From NCBI GenBank assembly GCA_045837725.1, contig JBEWZL010000029.1:1-33580 (forward strand): 33,580 nucleotides of DNA, read 5' to 3'. This DNA is from Vermamoeba vermiformis. Taxonomy: Eukaryota. This document shows positions 33,331 through 33,580 of the stretch, piece after piece. Position 1 is the stretch's first letter. Each line of letters begins with the position of its first letter. The translations under genes and the position numbers were made by a program. The notes under the pieces were generated by a model. That model did no database searches. It had not been told where the DNA came from and saw only the letters and a list, made by a program, of their open reading frames with translations.

Positions 33331-33580
33331 CTAGTTGAGTACAGTTTTAATCTCGTTGGGAACAGCATCACCTCGTTTGATCAAAGTGACTGAGTCTGAT
33401 GCTGGCAAACGAGTCGAGTGACCACTGATCTCTTCATCTGGATACCCAAAGCGAACAACAATCAGTGGCATCTCGTTGTCTTTGATTTGTGGAACAATGT
33501 GACGCAACAGATCCAGCTGTTCGAAGAAGTCAGGTGTTTCTTCTGTCACTTCTGATCGAATCTTTTCACCGAATGCTGAT
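33331..33580 (-). CDS. 3' end of a nitroreductase-like protein (partial, runs off the window)
   Basis: Frame is open to the window edge. PLIVVRFGYPDEEISGHSTRLP resembles the C-terminal 'RxGY...RxP' FMN-nitroreductase motif. Confidence 0.5.
   Translation of the reverse strand, partial: SAFGEKIRSEVTEETPDFFEQLDLLRHIVPQIKDNEMPLIVVRFGYPDEEISGHSTRLPASDSVTLIKRGDAVPNEIKTVLN

Noticed and set aside
1-33580. tRNA, rRNA, transposase/RT genes and U12-type introns
   Set aside because: No cloverleaf or T-loop context, rRNA-like tracts, transposase motifs or RTATCCTT donors were seen by eye.

Overview
Gene-dense eukaryotic (probably protist) DNA with short AT-rich GT-AG introns and CTAAY branch points, so most ORF-track entries are exon fragments or antisense shadows. 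Manual splicing gives about 20 genes: F-box/LRR protein; ALK/LTK-type glycine-rich-domain protein; DH(RhoGEF)-PX-RGS protein; a head-to-head MPC2-like/MPC1 mitochondrial pyruvate carrier pair with an intronic box C/D snoRNA candidate; EBP-like protein; an acidic unknown protein; MPDU1; a PM20D1-like M20 peptidase; two tandem tiny intronless paralogs; a PX-C2-C2 protein; two tandem EF-hand genes (one frameshifted); a sugar porter; two tandem F-box-like paralogs; a secreted bacterial-type cyanophycinase-like S51 peptidase with two GC-AG introns; a PH-like/Zn-finger/SPRY/F-box/Cys-rich protein; and the 3' end of a nitroreductase-like gene. A 12-bp palindrome TGACACGTGTCA forms clusters confined to introns. 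All calls come from reading the sequence and recalling motifs; no searches were run, and splice boundaries are inferred.
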